A DNA stretch of 64,000 nucleotides from Candidatus Peregrinibacteria bacterium (GTDB lineage Bacteria > Patescibacteriota > Gracilibacteria > UBA1369 > GCA-2718715), in NCBI GenBank assembly GCA_014240275.1, contig JAAZXH010000008.1, forward strand, positions 32,653 to 96,652, in the 5' to 3' direction. Below the pieces are notes generated by a model. It worked only from the letters and a program-made list of their open reading frames with translations. It ran no database searches and had not been told where the DNA came from. Positions 40,236 through 51,030 of this stretch are shown piece by piece; position 1 is the stretch's first letter, and each line of letters begins with the position of its first letter. Position numbers and translations under genes: made by a program.

Positions 40236-40925
40236 TTATTTTTGGGTTAATGTTGTTTTAATAGTATCTAAAAAGTAAGTAATTGATTTAATCGCATCAT
40301 CATTACCTGGAATTCCAAAATCAACTAAATCAGGATCAGAGTTTGAATCTAAAACACCAACTACTGGGATACCTTTTTTACGAGCTTCTACAACTGCTGT
40401 CTTATCACGATTTACATCAAGCACAAAAAGACAGTCTGGCAATTTATCCATTGATTCTACACCACCTAAAGATGATTGTAATTTTTTAATAGTCTTTTTA
40501 AAGCCTGAGGCTTCTTTTTTAGTGTATTTATCAAATTCTCCTTCTTTTTCCATCTTCTTAAGTTTTTTCAATTCATTTACACGCCGTGAAATAGTAGAAT
40601 AATTAGTTAAAAGTCCTGGAATCCATTTATTTGTAACATATGGCATATCTAATTCATTTGCTACATTTTGAAGTACTCCAGTTGCTTGTTGCTTAGTAGC
40701 TACAAACAAAATATTTTTTTTGTCGGTATAAATAGACTTCATAAAGTCCAAAGCTTTATCAAAAGCCTCAAGAGTTTTACTTAAATCAAATACGTGAACG
40801 TTTTTTCTTTGACCCCATACAAACTTCTTCATTTTTGGATTCCATTTGTTTGTATAATGACCGAAATGTACGGCACACATAAGCATTTTTTGTAACTCAG
40901 CTTCAGAGTTTTTAAAATTTGTCAT
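40236..40925 (-). CDS. rpsB: 30S ribosomal protein S2
   Basis: VHFGH..KWNPKM, WIPGLLTN, DSNSDP, PGNDDAIKS. Confidence 0.97.
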   Translation of the reverse strand: MTNFKNSEAELQKMLMCAVHFGHYTNKWNPKMKKFVWGQRKNVHVFDLSKTLEAFDKALDFMKSIYTDKKNILFVATKQQATGVLQNVANELDMPYVTNKWIPGLLTNYSTISRRVNELKKLKKMEKEGEFDKYTKKEASGFKKTIKKLQSSLGGVESMDKLPDCLFVLDVNRDKTAVVEARKKGIPVVGVLDSNSDPDLVDFGIPGNDDAIKSITYFLDTIKTTLTQK

Positions 40926-40955
40926 GGTATATGTATTAAATTCCTTAATTCTATA

Positions 40956-41020
40956 TTTAGATAAGTGTTTGAATACCGTGGAATCAGAAAATCTGACAGG
41001 AATAGTACCAAATATCTAAA
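40956..41020 (-). promoter_or_regulatory. Structured 5' leader of rpsB-tsf
   Basis: Nested helices TTTAGATA/TATCTAAA, TTTG/CAAA, GTACT/GGTAT and TCAGA-TTT-TCTGA, downstream of TTGCAA-N17-TAGGAT. Confidence 0.5.
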
Positions 41021-41087
41021 CTAAGATTTTGACTTTCAAATCCTACCTAAATTCATTATAATTTGCAAGTCAATATTAATTTTTACC

Positions 41088-43664
41088 ATGGAAATCGCAA
41101 AAAACTTTGACTTCGAAAAATACGAAACAGAAATATATGAACGTTGGGAAAAAAACAAATGTTTTGAACCAATCAAAAGCGACAAACAATATTCAATAAT
41201 TATGCCACCACCTAATGCTACGGGCATACTACACCTGGGTCATTCAATTGGTCTAACTATACAAGATATATTAGTAAGATTTAAACGTATGCAAGGCTAT
41301 GAAACAATCTACGTTCCAGGAACCGACCACGCTGCAATAGCAACTGAAAGCAAAGTCGCACAAATATTAGGTGAGCAAGGTATAGAAAGAAATAGCCTTG
41401 GGCGTGAAAAATTCTTAGAAGAGGTAGATAAATACGTTAAAAATTCACAATCAAATATTATAGAGCAAACAAAATTGATGGGAGTCTCGGCGGACTGGAG
41501 CAAACTAAGATACACTATGGAAGAGGATATTAGTGAGCAAGTCCAAGATATATTCATAAAAATGTACAACGATGGACTAATTTACAGAAGTGGAAGAATA
41601 GTTAACTGGGATCCAAACCTAGAAACCACAGTTTCCGATGATGAACTAGAGTATGAAACTAAAACTGACAATTTCTATTATTTTCAATTTGGACCAGTTG
41701 TGATTAGTACCGCACGACCAGAAACAAAATTTGCAGATAAAACAATAGTAGTGCATCCAGAAGATGAACGCTACAAAGAAATAATCGGCAAAGAATTTGA
41801 TGTAGAATGGATAGAAGGAACTATCAAAGCTAAAGTAATTTCAGACGAATGCATAGATATGGAACTTGGAACTGGAGCAATGACAATCACACCAGCTCAC
41901 TCACTTGTGGACTTCGAATTAGCTCAAAAACACGATCTAGAAATCAAACAAATAATAGATTTAGAAGGAAAAATCATACCTAGCGTCTCTAAGACTTGCG
42001 GAGGTCTATCAGTTAAACAAGCGCGTAAAAAAGTCACGGAAATTTTAGAAGAAAAAGGACTAGTAGTAAAAATAGATAACAAATACAAACATAACGTTGC
42101 AGTTAATTACCGCGGGGGAGGAACAATAGAACCTCAAGTAATGAAACAATGGTGGCTAGATGTAAACAAAAAAACAATTAACTACAAAGGCAAAACACTA
42201 TCATTTAAAGAAATACTACAAAACGTAGTTAGAGAAAATGAAATAAAAATTACACCCAATAGATTTGAAAAAAATTATTTTAATTGGATAGATAACCTTC
42301 AAGACTGGTGTTTATCAAGACAAATATGGTTTGGACACCGCATACCAGCTTGGTTTAAAGACGGCCAAATCAAAGTACAAATTCAATCACCAGGAAAAGG
42401 ATGGCAACAAGACCCAGACACCTTAGACACCTGGTACTCTGCAGGCATGTGGCCATTTACCGCTTTAGGTTATCCTAACACAGACTTAACAGACAAATTC
42501 TATCCAGGCTCATGTCTAGAAACAGGTAATGATATTATATTTTTCTGGGTAGCACGTATGATACTTTTTGGAACATATGTCATGAACGATATACCATTTA
42601 AAGATGTTTACCTCCATGGAATGGTAGTAGATAAAAACGGTAAAAAAATGAGTAAAACAAAAGGTAACGGCATAGATCCACGCGAAATGATTGCAAAATA
42701 TGGTACAGACCCATTAAGACTTTCTCTAGTTATAGGATCAAGTCCAGGAGAAAAACTCAGACTATATGAAGAAAAAATTGCAACCTACAAAAACTTTGTT
42801 ACCAAAGTTTGGAATTCTGTACGGTTCGCATTAATGTATACGAACTCAAACGAAACAACAATCGATAATACAAAACTCAACATTCAAGACAAATGGATCT
42901 TAAGCGAATGCCAAAATCTAATAAACTCAGTAACTGAGAATTTAGAATCATATCGATTTTCAGATGCCGGAAACCAAATTTACAACTTCTTAAGAAACAA
43001 ACTCTGCGACTGGTACCTAGAAATGTCAAAAGTAGAAACCAACTCAGCTGTAGTACTACATGTAATCGACGCATGTCTTAAATTACTACATCCGTTTACT
43101 CCAATGGCAACAACTAAACTATACTCTTATATTAATGAGAACGAACTAATGCTAGAAAGCTGGCCAGAAGTTAAAACAGAGTTAATTTTTGAGGAAGCCA
43201 AAGAAATGGAGAAACTAATTCAAACCGTAACAGCAATTCGTAGAATTAAAAAAGAATTTGACCTACAAACAGACAAACAAGTGCCAATCAAGTTACAGAC
43301 TCAACAAAAATATATTATTGAAAGTCTAGAAGTAATAAAAAAACTCAGTAATAGTGAAAACATAGAATTAAGCAATAATTCAGAAAAACTTAAACTTCCT
43401 TCAGAACACCTCAGCTTTGCTACAGACATTTATTTAAAACTAGAAAATCTAAACAACATACAAGAACAAGTAGAAAAAACTGAAAAACAATTAAATAAAA
43501 TAGAAAAACAATTAACAAATTTCACAAACAAACTTTCAAATAAAAAATTCACAGATAATGCGCCAGGTGATATTATAGAAAAGGTAGAAACAGAAAAAGA
43601 TAAAGCTCAAGAACTCCTCAACAACCTGATTCACAAACTTAATGTTCTAAAAGAATGCCTATAG
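41088..43664 (+). CDS. valS: Valine--tRNA ligase
   Basis: PPPNATGILHLGH, GTDHAAIAT, DWCLSRQIWFGHRIP, KMSKTKGN, C-terminal coiled coil. Confidence 0.97.
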   Translation: MEIAKNFDFEKYETEIYERWEKNKCFEPIKSDKQYSIIMPPPNATGILHLGHSIGLTIQDILVRFKRMQGYETIYVPGTDHAAIATESKVAQILGEQGIERNSLGREKFLEEVDKYVKNSQSNIIEQTKLMGVSADWSKLRYTMEEDISEQVQDIFIKMYNDGLIYRSGRIVNWDPNLETTVSDDELEYETKTDNFYYFQFGPVVISTARPETKFADKTIVVHPEDERYKEIIGKEFDVEWIEGTIKAKVISDECIDMELGTGAMTITPAHSLVDFELAQKHDLEIKQIIDLEGKIIPSVSKTCGGLSVKQARKKVTEILEEKGLVVKIDNKYKHNVAVNYRGGGTIEPQVMKQWWLDVNKKTINYKGKTLSFKEILQNVVRENEIKITPNRFEKNYFNWIDNLQDWCLSRQIWFGHRIPAWFKDGQIKVQIQSPGKGWQQDPDTLDTWYSAGMWPFTALGYPNTDLTDKFYPGSCLETGNDIIFFWVARMILFGTYVMNDIPFKDVYLHGMVVDKNGKKMSKTKGNGIDPREMIAKYGTDPLRLSLVIGSSPGEKLRLYEEKIATYKNFVTKVWNSVRFALMYTNSNETTIDNTKLNIQDKWILSECQNLINSVTENLESYRFSDAGNQIYNFLRNKLCDWYLEMSKVETNSAVVLHVIDACLKLLHPFTPMATTKLYSYINENELMLESWPEVKTELIFEEAKEMEKLIQTVTAIRRIKKEFDLQTDKQVPIKLQTQQKYIIESLEVIKKLSNSENIELSNNSEKLKLPSEHLSFATDIYLKLENLNNIQEQVEKTEKQLNKIEKQLTNFTNKLSNKKFTDNAPGDIIEKVETEKDKAQELLNNLIHKLNVLKECL

Positions 43665-44539
43665 TTATATCTGAAATCGAAAGCCTTATCAAACAAAGGC
43701 AACTCAAGAAAGCCAATAAAATGCTTCAAGAATATTTTCGTACCAATGGAATCGATACGAACGGGCAAAAAGTTTACAAAAAACTTCAAAATGCAATCCA
43801 AAGACACAATGAAGAAATTGGTACCCACTCAATGAACGAAATTCAATCCCTAATCAAACAAACAAACTTTCACAAAGCATTAGAAAAACTAAATCTAGCA
43901 AAAAAACATCTAGAACACGACCCAAGATTCCAAAAATTCTACATAAAAACCATTAAAGCAATCAATTCACAAAACTCAAATCAATACAAACAATTCTTAA
44001 AACTGCAAAGGAGCAAAATCAAAAAACTAATCAAAAAAAACAAAGAAAACCAAGCTCTAAAAGAAGTACAAGAGCTATGTATGAAGCACCCAAACAATCC
44101 AAATATAAAAATTTTACTCCAAGAAACAAAACAGTTAGTAGTTATACACAAATACAAAAAAAACAAGGTTAAACTCAAAAAAATTGACACTAAAACAAGG
44201 CTAGAATTCTATCTTAAACTATACGAAATAGATAAAACCAACCAAGACATAAAAAGAGAACTTGCGAAAGCAAAAAAAGAAATCGATCAACAAAATTATT
44301 TTCAAAAAGACCAATATCTGATAGAATCAGAAATGCAAATAAAGGTTCTATATAACACAGGCAAACACGAAAAATGCCACATGGCTTGTGTGGAACTTCT
44401 AAGATTTGATCCAAACAACAAACAAGCTCAAAAATATTTTTCAAAATCACAAAATGGGCTACAAAAACAAAACCTTAAAATAGCATACGAAAAACTCAAA
44501 CAACATCTAACCAAATCAAATGATACTATCAGACGGTGA
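43655..44539 (+). CDS. Hypothetical basic helical-repeat (TPR-like) protein
   Basis: Lys/Gln-rich with repeated helix pairs ending HPNNP and FDPNN; overlaps valS and dcd. Confidence 0.55.
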   Translation: MPIVISEIESLIKQRQLKKANKMLQEYFRTNGIDTNGQKVYKKLQNAIQRHNEEIGTHSMNEIQSLIKQTNFHKALEKLNLAKKHLEHDPRFQKFYIKTIKAINSQNSNQYKQFLKLQRSKIKKLIKKNKENQALKEVQELCMKHPNNPNIKILLQETKQLVVIHKYKKNKVKLKKIDTKTRLEFYLKLYEIDKTNQDIKRELAKAKKEIDQQNYFQKDQYLIESEMQIKVLYNTGKHEKCHMACVELLRFDPNNKQAQKYFSKSQNGLQKQNLKIAYEKLKQHLTKSNDTIRR

Positions 44540-45113
44540 TATAAAAAAACATATCCAAGAAGGTAAAATTATTGTAAATTCCGTTGACAAGAAACATTTA
44601 GAACATATTCATTGTTCATCTATGGACCTTAGATTAGGCAAATATTTTAAAGTTTACAAACATTCACAAATTGCAGTTTTAGACCCTAAAAATCCAAGCG
44701 GAATCTCAGACATGACAGAACTTATCGAAATCGAAGAAGGTAAACCGTTTATAGTCCAACCAGGTGAATTTGTTTTAGGAGTAACCGAAGAAGAAATTGG
44801 ACTTCCAGATAATTTAGTTGCAAGGGTAGAGGGCCGCAGCTCAATAGGGAGACTAGGAATAATAGTACACTCTACAGCCGGGTTTATAGATGCAGGATTC
44901 AAAGGAACAATAACCCTAGAAATAACCAACATCAACAGGTTGCCTGTAGCCCTTTACCCAGGAATGAGAGTTTGTCAACTAGCTTTTGAACTCATGACAA
45001 ATACAGCCGAAGTTCCATACCATAGAAAGGCCAGCTCCAAATACCAAAACCAAAAACTTCCAGAAGAAAGCCGAATTTTAATTGATCCAGAATTCAAAAA
45101 ATCAGTAGCATAA
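44520..45113 (+). CDS. dcd: dCTP deaminase
   Basis: MILSD, SMDLRLG, VEGRSSIGRLG, TAGFIDAGFKGTITLE, PGMRVCQ, KYQNQ. Confidence 0.95.
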   Translation: MILSDGDIKKHIQEGKIIVNSVDKKHLEHIHCSSMDLRLGKYFKVYKHSQIAVLDPKNPSGISDMTELIEIEEGKPFIVQPGEFVLGVTEEEIGLPDNLVARVEGRSSIGRLGIIVHSTAGFIDAGFKGTITLEITNINRLPVALYPGMRVCQLAFELMTNTAEVPYHRKASSKYQNQKLPEESRILIDPEFKKSVA

Positions 45114-45161
45114 AAAAACCTTAAATTTTGTAAAGGCGAAGAGTTTGAAACTGTTCGTTTT

Positions 45162-45209
45162 TTTTTATATATTGTATGTATCGCTTAAAAACAATACAAA
45201 ATATAGTAC
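45162..45209 (+). promoter_or_regulatory. Putative tandem NrdR boxes overlapping the nrdJ promoter
   Basis: tttttatatattgtat (45162-45177) and atacaaaatatagtac (45194-45209), 32 bp apart, resembling acaCwAtATaTwGtg; promoter TTGAAA-N17-TATATT at 45145-45173. Confidence 0.6.
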
Positions 45210-45222
45210 TTAACCCTTATAT

Positions 45223-48200
45223 ATGGACACCCTCAAACAAGAACAAAAAGTTCAAATAAAAGACAGCGAACAAAGTGGTCTAGAAATTCCAAGACTACTC
45301 ACCAAAAACATTGAGAACCCACTCGAAGCAGTCGAATACGAAAACCGAAACTGCTCAATATATGGTTCAGACGGTAAATTAGTTTTTGAAATGAAAAACT
45401 GCAAAATACCAAAAAGATGGTCACAAGTTGCAGCCGACATTATGATATCTAAATATTTTAGAAAAGCTGGAGTACCACAATATGACGATAACGGAAACAT
45501 CAAAATGGACTCCAACGGAAAAATCGAACTAGGTCCAGAAAAAACAGCAAAACAAGTGGTAAAAAGACTGGCTGGATGCTGGAGATACTGGGGTCAAAAA
45601 TATAGTTACTTCAAAAGCAACCAAGATGCTGAAAATTTTGAAGCAGAACTTCAACACATGCTAATAAATCAAATGGCTGCCCCAAATTCACCACAGTGGT
45701 TTAATACGGGACTTAATACTGCCTACGGAATTACAGGCCCAGCTCAAGGACACTTCTATTGCGAACCAGAAACAGGAGAACTCAAAAAATCAACAGATGC
45801 ATATAGCCACCCTCAACCACACGCATGTTTCATTCAATCCATTGGAGATAATCTAGTAAACGAAGGTGGAATCATGGACCTCTGGGTCAGAGAAGCAAGA
45901 TTATTTAAATACGGATCAGGAACTGGAACTAATTTTTCAAACATCAGAGGTGCCAACGAACCCCTAAGTGGAGGAGGATACTCCAGTGGACTAATGTCAT
46001 TCCTAAGAATTGGAGACCGAGCAGCAGGAGCAATAAAATCTGGCGGGACAACCAGAAGAGCAGCAAAAATGGTTTGTTTAGACCTAGATCACCCAGATAT
46101 TCAAACATTTATCAATTGGAAAGTAGAAGAAGAAAAGAAAGTTGCTGCACTTATCGCAGCAGGTTACGACAGTAGCTACGACGGGGAAGCCTACGCAACA
46201 GTTGCAGGACAAAACTCAAACAACTCAGTACGTATTCCACATAAATTCATGGATAGCCTTAAAACAAATGGAACCTGGGATTTAACCTGGAGAACAAATG
46301 GCCAAACCTGCAAAACTCTAGAAAGTAAACAGTTGTGGAAAGATATTGCCAATGCAGCCTGGAAGTGCGCGGACCCAGGAGTACAATACGACGGAACAAT
46401 CAACGATTGGCATACTTGCCCAAAAGATGGTCGAATCAATGCATCAAACCCATGTAGTGAATATATGTTCTTAGACAACACAGCTTGTAACCTAGCTTCG
46501 ATCAATCTTGTACATTTTTACAATTACGAAACCAAACAATTCAAAATTCAAGAATACCTACATGCAATTAGAATCTGGACTATCGTACTAGAAATCAGTG
46601 TCCTAATGGCACAATTCCCGTCTAAAGAAATTGCTGAATTATCATATAAATACCGAACACTCGGCCTAGGGTATGCAAATCTAGGATCTATACTAATGCG
46701 TATGGGTATCGAATATAACTCCGACGAAGCAAGAAGCATCTGCGGATCCATGACAGCAATCTTAACAGGTGAAAGCTACAGAACCAGCGCAGAAATCGCA
46801 AAAGTTAAGGGTACCTTCCTAGGCTATGCAAACAATAAAGAAGATATGCTAAGAGTAATCCGTAATCACCGCAGAGCAGCTTATGACAGCCCTGCAGCAG
46901 AATATGAAAACATACACATCAAACCACAAGGAATCAAAGTACAACACACTCCAGAATACCTCCTAAAAACAGCACAAGACGTATGGGACAAAGCATTATC
47001 TCTTGGTGAAATATACGGATACCGCAACGCGCAAACAACCGTAATTGCTCCAACTGGTACAATTGGCCTATTAATGGACTGTGATACAACCGGAATTGAG
47101 CCAGATTTCAGCCTAGTTAAATTCAAAAAATTAGCAGGTGGCGGCTACTTCAAAATAGTCAATCAATCCGTAGCCCCAGCCCTAGAACAATTAGGTTATA
47201 ACGAAACTCAAAAACAAAAAATCGTAGAATACATTGTTGGTAGCCAAGACCTCAGAACACTCAAAAACATTACAATAGATTCCTTACAATCTAAAGGACT
47301 AAGCCTAGAGCACATTCAACACTTCCAAGAAAAAACAGCCGCAGCATTTAGTGTAAACGACGTATTTGCCAACTATAACATTCCAGGAGACTTACTCAAC
47401 AAACTAAACCTTGGAGAAAAAGAAATTAACGATCCAAATTTTAACTTCCTAAAACACTTAGGCTATAGTGATGAAGAGATTAATCAAGACACAGAAATAT
47501 TATGTGGACAAATGAAAATCGAAGGCGCTCCACACATTAAAGATGAACATCTACCGATCTTTGACTGTGCTAATAAAAATGCAGATGGCAAACGTTACAT
47601 TCACCACAACGGACACATCCGAATGATGGCGGCAGCTCAAAGCTTTATCTCTGGTGCAATTTCTAAGACAATCAACATGCCACACGAAGCAACCGTTGAA
47701 GAAATTGAAAACGCATACCTGCTAAGTTACGAACTAGGTGTTAAAGCAAATGCAATTTATAGGGATGGGTCCAAACTCTCACAAGCCCTATATAGCGGAA
47801 AAGAAAGCTCGGAGGACACAAAAGAAGGAACAGCTACAAAAAAAGAAACTATCACAATTTCTGACAGAGGGACTAAAAGAGATCTACCAATTCGAAGACA
47901 CGGTATCACAATCGAATCAAGCATCGCAGGAAACAAAATCCATTTACGAACTGGCGAATACAAAGACGGAGAACTGGGAGAAATCTTTATCGACATGTTT
48001 AAAGAAGGTGCAGCCTTTAGAAGCTTACTGAACGCCCTAGCCGTATCAGTATCTATCGGGTTGCAGTATGGAGTACCACTCAACAAATTTGTAGACAAAT
48101 TTACCTTCACCAGATTCGAACCAAGCGGAATGACAAACCACCCAAATATAAAAACATGTACCTCGATTATCGACTTTATATTTAGAGCATTAGGGTTTGA

Positions 48201-48435
48201 ATACCTCAACCGTACTGACTTCTTACACGTCAAACCAAAACCAGAAACGAAAGTACAAGAAAGCAATAAAAAAAACACACAAACTGAAACCAAACTAAAA
48301 AGCACTAGTGTAGACGAACACCTTAGCAACATGATGGGGGATGCACCAGCCTGTGGAACCTGCGGACACATAACCGTCCGAAATGGTGCGTGCTACAAAT
48401 GCTTAAACTGCGGAAATTCACTCGGATGTAGTTAA
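45223..48435 (+). CDS. nrdJ: Vitamin B12-dependent (class II) ribonucleotide reductase
   Basis: PNSPQWFN, HACFI, GGTTRRAAKM, NASNPCSEY, TACNLAS, IAPTGTI, GAISKTIN, YRDGSK; C-terminal TSCPD-like domain and CxxC..CxxC. Confidence 0.95.
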   Translation: MDTLKQEQKVQIKDSEQSGLEIPRLLTKNIENPLEAVEYENRNCSIYGSDGKLVFEMKNCKIPKRWSQVAADIMISKYFRKAGVPQYDDNGNIKMDSNGKIELGPEKTAKQVVKRLAGCWRYWGQKYSYFKSNQDAENFEAELQHMLINQMAAPNSPQWFNTGLNTAYGITGPAQGHFYCEPETGELKKSTDAYSHPQPHACFIQSIGDNLVNEGGIMDLWVREARLFKYGSGTGTNFSNIRGANEPLSGGGYSSGLMSFLRIGDRAAGAIKSGGTTRRAAKMVCLDLDHPDIQTFINWKVEEEKKVAALIAAGYDSSYDGEAYATVAGQNSNNSVRIPHKFMDSLKTNGTWDLTWRTNGQTCKTLESKQLWKDIANAAWKCADPGVQYDGTINDWHTCPKDGRINASNPCSEYMFLDNTACNLASINLVHFYNYETKQFKIQEYLHAIRIWTIVLEISVLMAQFPSKEIAELSYKYRTLGLGYANLGSILMRMGIEYNSDEARSICGSMTAILTGESYRTSAEIAKVKGTFLGYANNKEDMLRVIRNHRRAAYDSPAAEYENIHIKPQGIKVQHTPEYLLKTAQDVWDKALSLGEIYGYRNAQTTVIAPTGTIGLLMDCDTTGIEPDFSLVKFKKLAGGGYFKIVNQSVAPALEQLGYNETQKQKIVEYIVGSQDLRTLKNITIDSLQSKGLSLEHIQHFQEKTAAAFSVNDVFANYNIPGDLLNKLNLGEKEINDPNFNFLKHLGYSDEEINQDTEILCGQMKIEGAPHIKDEHLPIFDCANKNADGKRYIHHNGHIRMMAAAQSFISGAISKTINMPHEATVEEIENAYLLSYELGVKANAIYRDGSKLSQALYSGKESSEDTKEGTATKKETITISDRGTKRDLPIRRHGITIESSIAGNKIHLRTGEYKDGELGEIFIDMFKEGAAFRSLLNALAVSVSIGLQYGVPLNKFVDKFTFTRFEPSGMTNHPNIKTCTSIIDFIFRALGFEYLNRTDFLHVKPKPETKVQESNKKNTQTETKLKSTSVDEHLSNMMGDAPACGTCGHITVRNGACYKCLNCGNSLGCS

Positions 48436-48438
48436 AGT

Positions 48439-48462
48439 AAAAGGCCTCAATTGAGGCCTTTT
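48439..48462. terminator. Bidirectional intrinsic terminator between nrdJ and guaA
   Basis: Perfect palindrome AAAAGGCCTCAATTGAGGCCTTTT. Confidence 0.85.
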
Positions 48463-50019
48463 TTATTCCCATTCAATAGTAGCAGGGGGTTTTGAAGTTA
48501 TGTCATAAACAACCCTATTTATCCCTTTAACTTCATTGACAATTCGATTAGAAACTCGTGCCAAAAAGTCATAAGGCAAACGCGACCAATCAGCGGTCAT
48601 TCCGTCTTCAGATGAAACCAAACGTAACACCAAAGGGGACTCATACGTTCGCATGTCTCCCATCACACCGACACTTTTAACATCAGCAAGTAATACACAC
48701 AAAGCTTGCCAAGTATTATCATAGTGGCCAGAAGTTTTTAACTCTTGTAATAAAATATCATCAGCTTCAGACAAAGTAGCAACACGATCAGAATCTAAAG
48801 CACCTATCACACGAATTGCAAGACCTGGACCAGGGAAAGGGTGACGAGTTACAATTTCTTCAGGAACTTCCAAATAACGTCCAACAGCACGCACCTCATC
48901 TTTAAACAACTTTCTAAAAGGTTCAATTAATTTAAACTTAAGATCTTTTGGTAAACCACCTACGTTATGATGACTTTTGATCTTGTGCGCAACCTCAGAA
49001 GCATTAGCAGAATCTATATTAGGATCACATGACTCAATAACATCTGGATACAAGGTACCTTGAGCTAAAAAATCAAACTCACCAAGTTTAGCTGATTCTT
49101 TTTCAAAAGTTCGAATAAACAATTCACCAATTGTCTTACGCTTAGTTTCGGGATCAGAAACACCCTTTAATTTAGTTATAAATTTTTCTTTAGCATCAAC
49201 CGCAACAACCTTAATAGCAAATTTTTCTACAAATATTTTCATTAATTTACTCACCTCATCTTTACGCATAAAACCATGATCAACTATCATACAAGTTAGC
49301 TGGTCACCAATTGCCTTATGTAAAAGAAAAGCTAAAACCGAACTATCTACACCTCCCGATAAGCCAAGTAACACATTTTTATCTCCAACGGTTTCACGAA
49401 TTTTTACAACTTGCTCATCAATAAAATTAGAAACTGTAAAAGAGCAATCAGCCTTACATATATTCACTATAAAATTTTCTAACATCTGATTACCATATTG
49501 TGAATGAACAACCTCCGGATGAAATTGCACACCATAAATTTGCTTTGATTCATTTGCAATAGCTGCATTTTTAGTGATTTCAGTTTCAACAATAGATTTA
49601 AATCCATCAGGTAAGCGCGTTACAGAATCACCATGAGACATCCACATAACAGAATCATCTGGAACACCATCTAAAATAGGACAAGATTCTAATAGTTTAA
49701 TATGTGCCTTACCGTACTCACCCTTGCCAGTGTCAGCGACTGTTCCACCTAAAGTATGGACAAGTAACTGCATACCATAACAAACACCTAAAATAGGTAT
49801 ATTTAAATCTAAAATACACTCTGGAAGTCGAGGAGCATCAACACCATAAACAGAATTTGGGCCACCAGATAAAATTATCCCTATTGGATCATGTAACTTT
49901 ATCTCATCTAAAGTAATTTGGTGAGATACAACCTCCGAAAAAACATGAAACTCACGAACTCTTCGAGCAATTAACTCACTATATTGAGAACCATAATCAA
50001 GAATCAGTATTTTTTGCAT
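48463..50019 (-). CDS. guaA: GMP synthase (glutamine-hydrolysing)
   Basis: [47 protein letters not shown]. Confidence 0.98.
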   Translation of the reverse strand: MQKILILDYGSQYSELIARRVREFHVFSEVVSHQITLDEIKLHDPIGIILSGGPNSVYGVDAPRLPECILDLNIPILGVCYGMQLLVHTLGGTVADTGKGEYGKAHIKLLESCPILDGVPDDSVMWMSHGDSVTRLPDGFKSIVETEITKNAAIANESKQIYGVQFHPEVVHSQYGNQMLENFIVNICKADCSFTVSNFIDEQVVKIRETVGDKNVLLGLSGGVDSSVLAFLLHKAIGDQLTCMIVDHGFMRKDEVSKLMKIFVEKFAIKVVAVDAKEKFITKLKGVSDPETKRKTIGELFIRTFEKESAKLGEFDFLAQGTLYPDVIESCDPNIDSANASEVAHKIKSHHNVGGLPKDLKFKLIEPFRKLFKDEVRAVGRYLEVPEEIVTRHPFPGPGLAIRVIGALDSDRVATLSEADDILLQELKTSGHYDNTWQALCVLLADVKSVGVMGDMRTYESPLVLRLVSSEDGMTADWSRLPYDFLARVSNRIVNEVKGINRVVYDITSKPPATIEWE

Positions 50020-50072
50020 GATAGAAATTAAAAGTTTAAATTACACAACTTAACGAGCAAAGTCAAATCAAG

Positions 50073-50990
50073 CTATTTCGTTTTTTTAAAACACTGAATA
50101 AATGTAGTTAAAGGTACAGCTAAAATCAATGCCGTGGAACCTAAAATAATTCTAATGAATTCTTCAATAAACATTTCAGTATTCAAACGAAACCATACCG
50201 GCATAGAAACATCAACATGCAAAACCAAAAGCCAAGGCAAAAATGCAGCCATATAAGCAAAGAACAGAGTATTAATCAAAGAAGCAATATGATGCCTACC
50301 AACCACCATAGCCTGATTATAAAGTTTAGCAAAAGTATATTTTGGATTAGCCTCATACAAACGATTCACAATCGACATCTGAGAAATCACAACATCATCC
50401 AACACTCCAAAAGTACCAAGTATTACACCAATGTTAAACAATATACGCATATCAAACTGAACATTTTCAGACATTGCTAAGAAAAAAGACTCATCATTTC
50501 CAACCCCAGTCAAAAATAAAAAGTCCGTAAAAAAAGTAGAAATCAACAAAAAGACCACAGATAACACAAACATGATTATAAAAGCCCGAAAAGTAGAAGA
50601 TTTAACTCCATGTGTAATTAATAAATTAATAAGCATCAACAAAAACACTAACAAGGATATAAAAAACAAATTACCAGAAGAAGCTAAAGCAGGAATCAGA
50701 ACAAAAAAACCATATATCAGAGAAAAAACCAAAGCAAGCAGTGAACGCAACCCTTCTTTACCGGCTACATAAATCGAAGATATCACAAAAATTAAAACCA
50801 AAGGTATCAGTCGATACAAACGCAAACTATCAACAAAGTTAGAATTTTCATCCACAATCACAGAAGAAGCCTTAGTTTTAGATAAAAAATCAAGATTATT
50901 AATAATAGTAAAATCAGCAATTGCAAGACCAAAACAAGTAATAATCAAAAAAAATAGAAGTATCTTGAACATAAATAAAATTAAAAGCAT
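50073..50990 (-). CDS. YibE/F family membrane protein
   Basis: GLRSLLAL, GVLDDVVISQ, GRHHIASLINTL, EEFIR, AVPLTT. Start uncertain. Confidence 0.85.
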   Translation of the reverse strand: MLLILFMFKILLFFLIITCFGLAIADFTIINNLDFLSKTKASSVIVDENSNFVDSLRLYRLIPLVLIFVISSIYVAGKEGLRSLLALVFSLIYGFFVLIPALASSGNLFFISLLVFLLMLINLLITHGVKSSTFRAFIIMFVLSVVFLLISTFFTDFLFLTGVGNDESFFLAMSENVQFDMRILFNIGVILGTFGVLDDVVISQMSIVNRLYEANPKYTFAKLYNQAMVVGRHHIASLINTLFFAYMAAFLPWLLVLHVDVSMPVWFRLNTEMFIEEFIRIILGSTALILAVPLTTFIQCFKKTK

Positions 50991-51030
50991 TTTAAGTATA
51001 TAACAAAAAAACAACGACTCAAAACTAAAA

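Noticed and set aside
47757-48371. 204-aa antisense ORF in nrdJ, and the many other 60-150 aa antisense or alternate-frame ORFs in the track
   Set aside because: They lie inside well-conserved genes and have no motifs. They are expected by-products of the biased codon usage.
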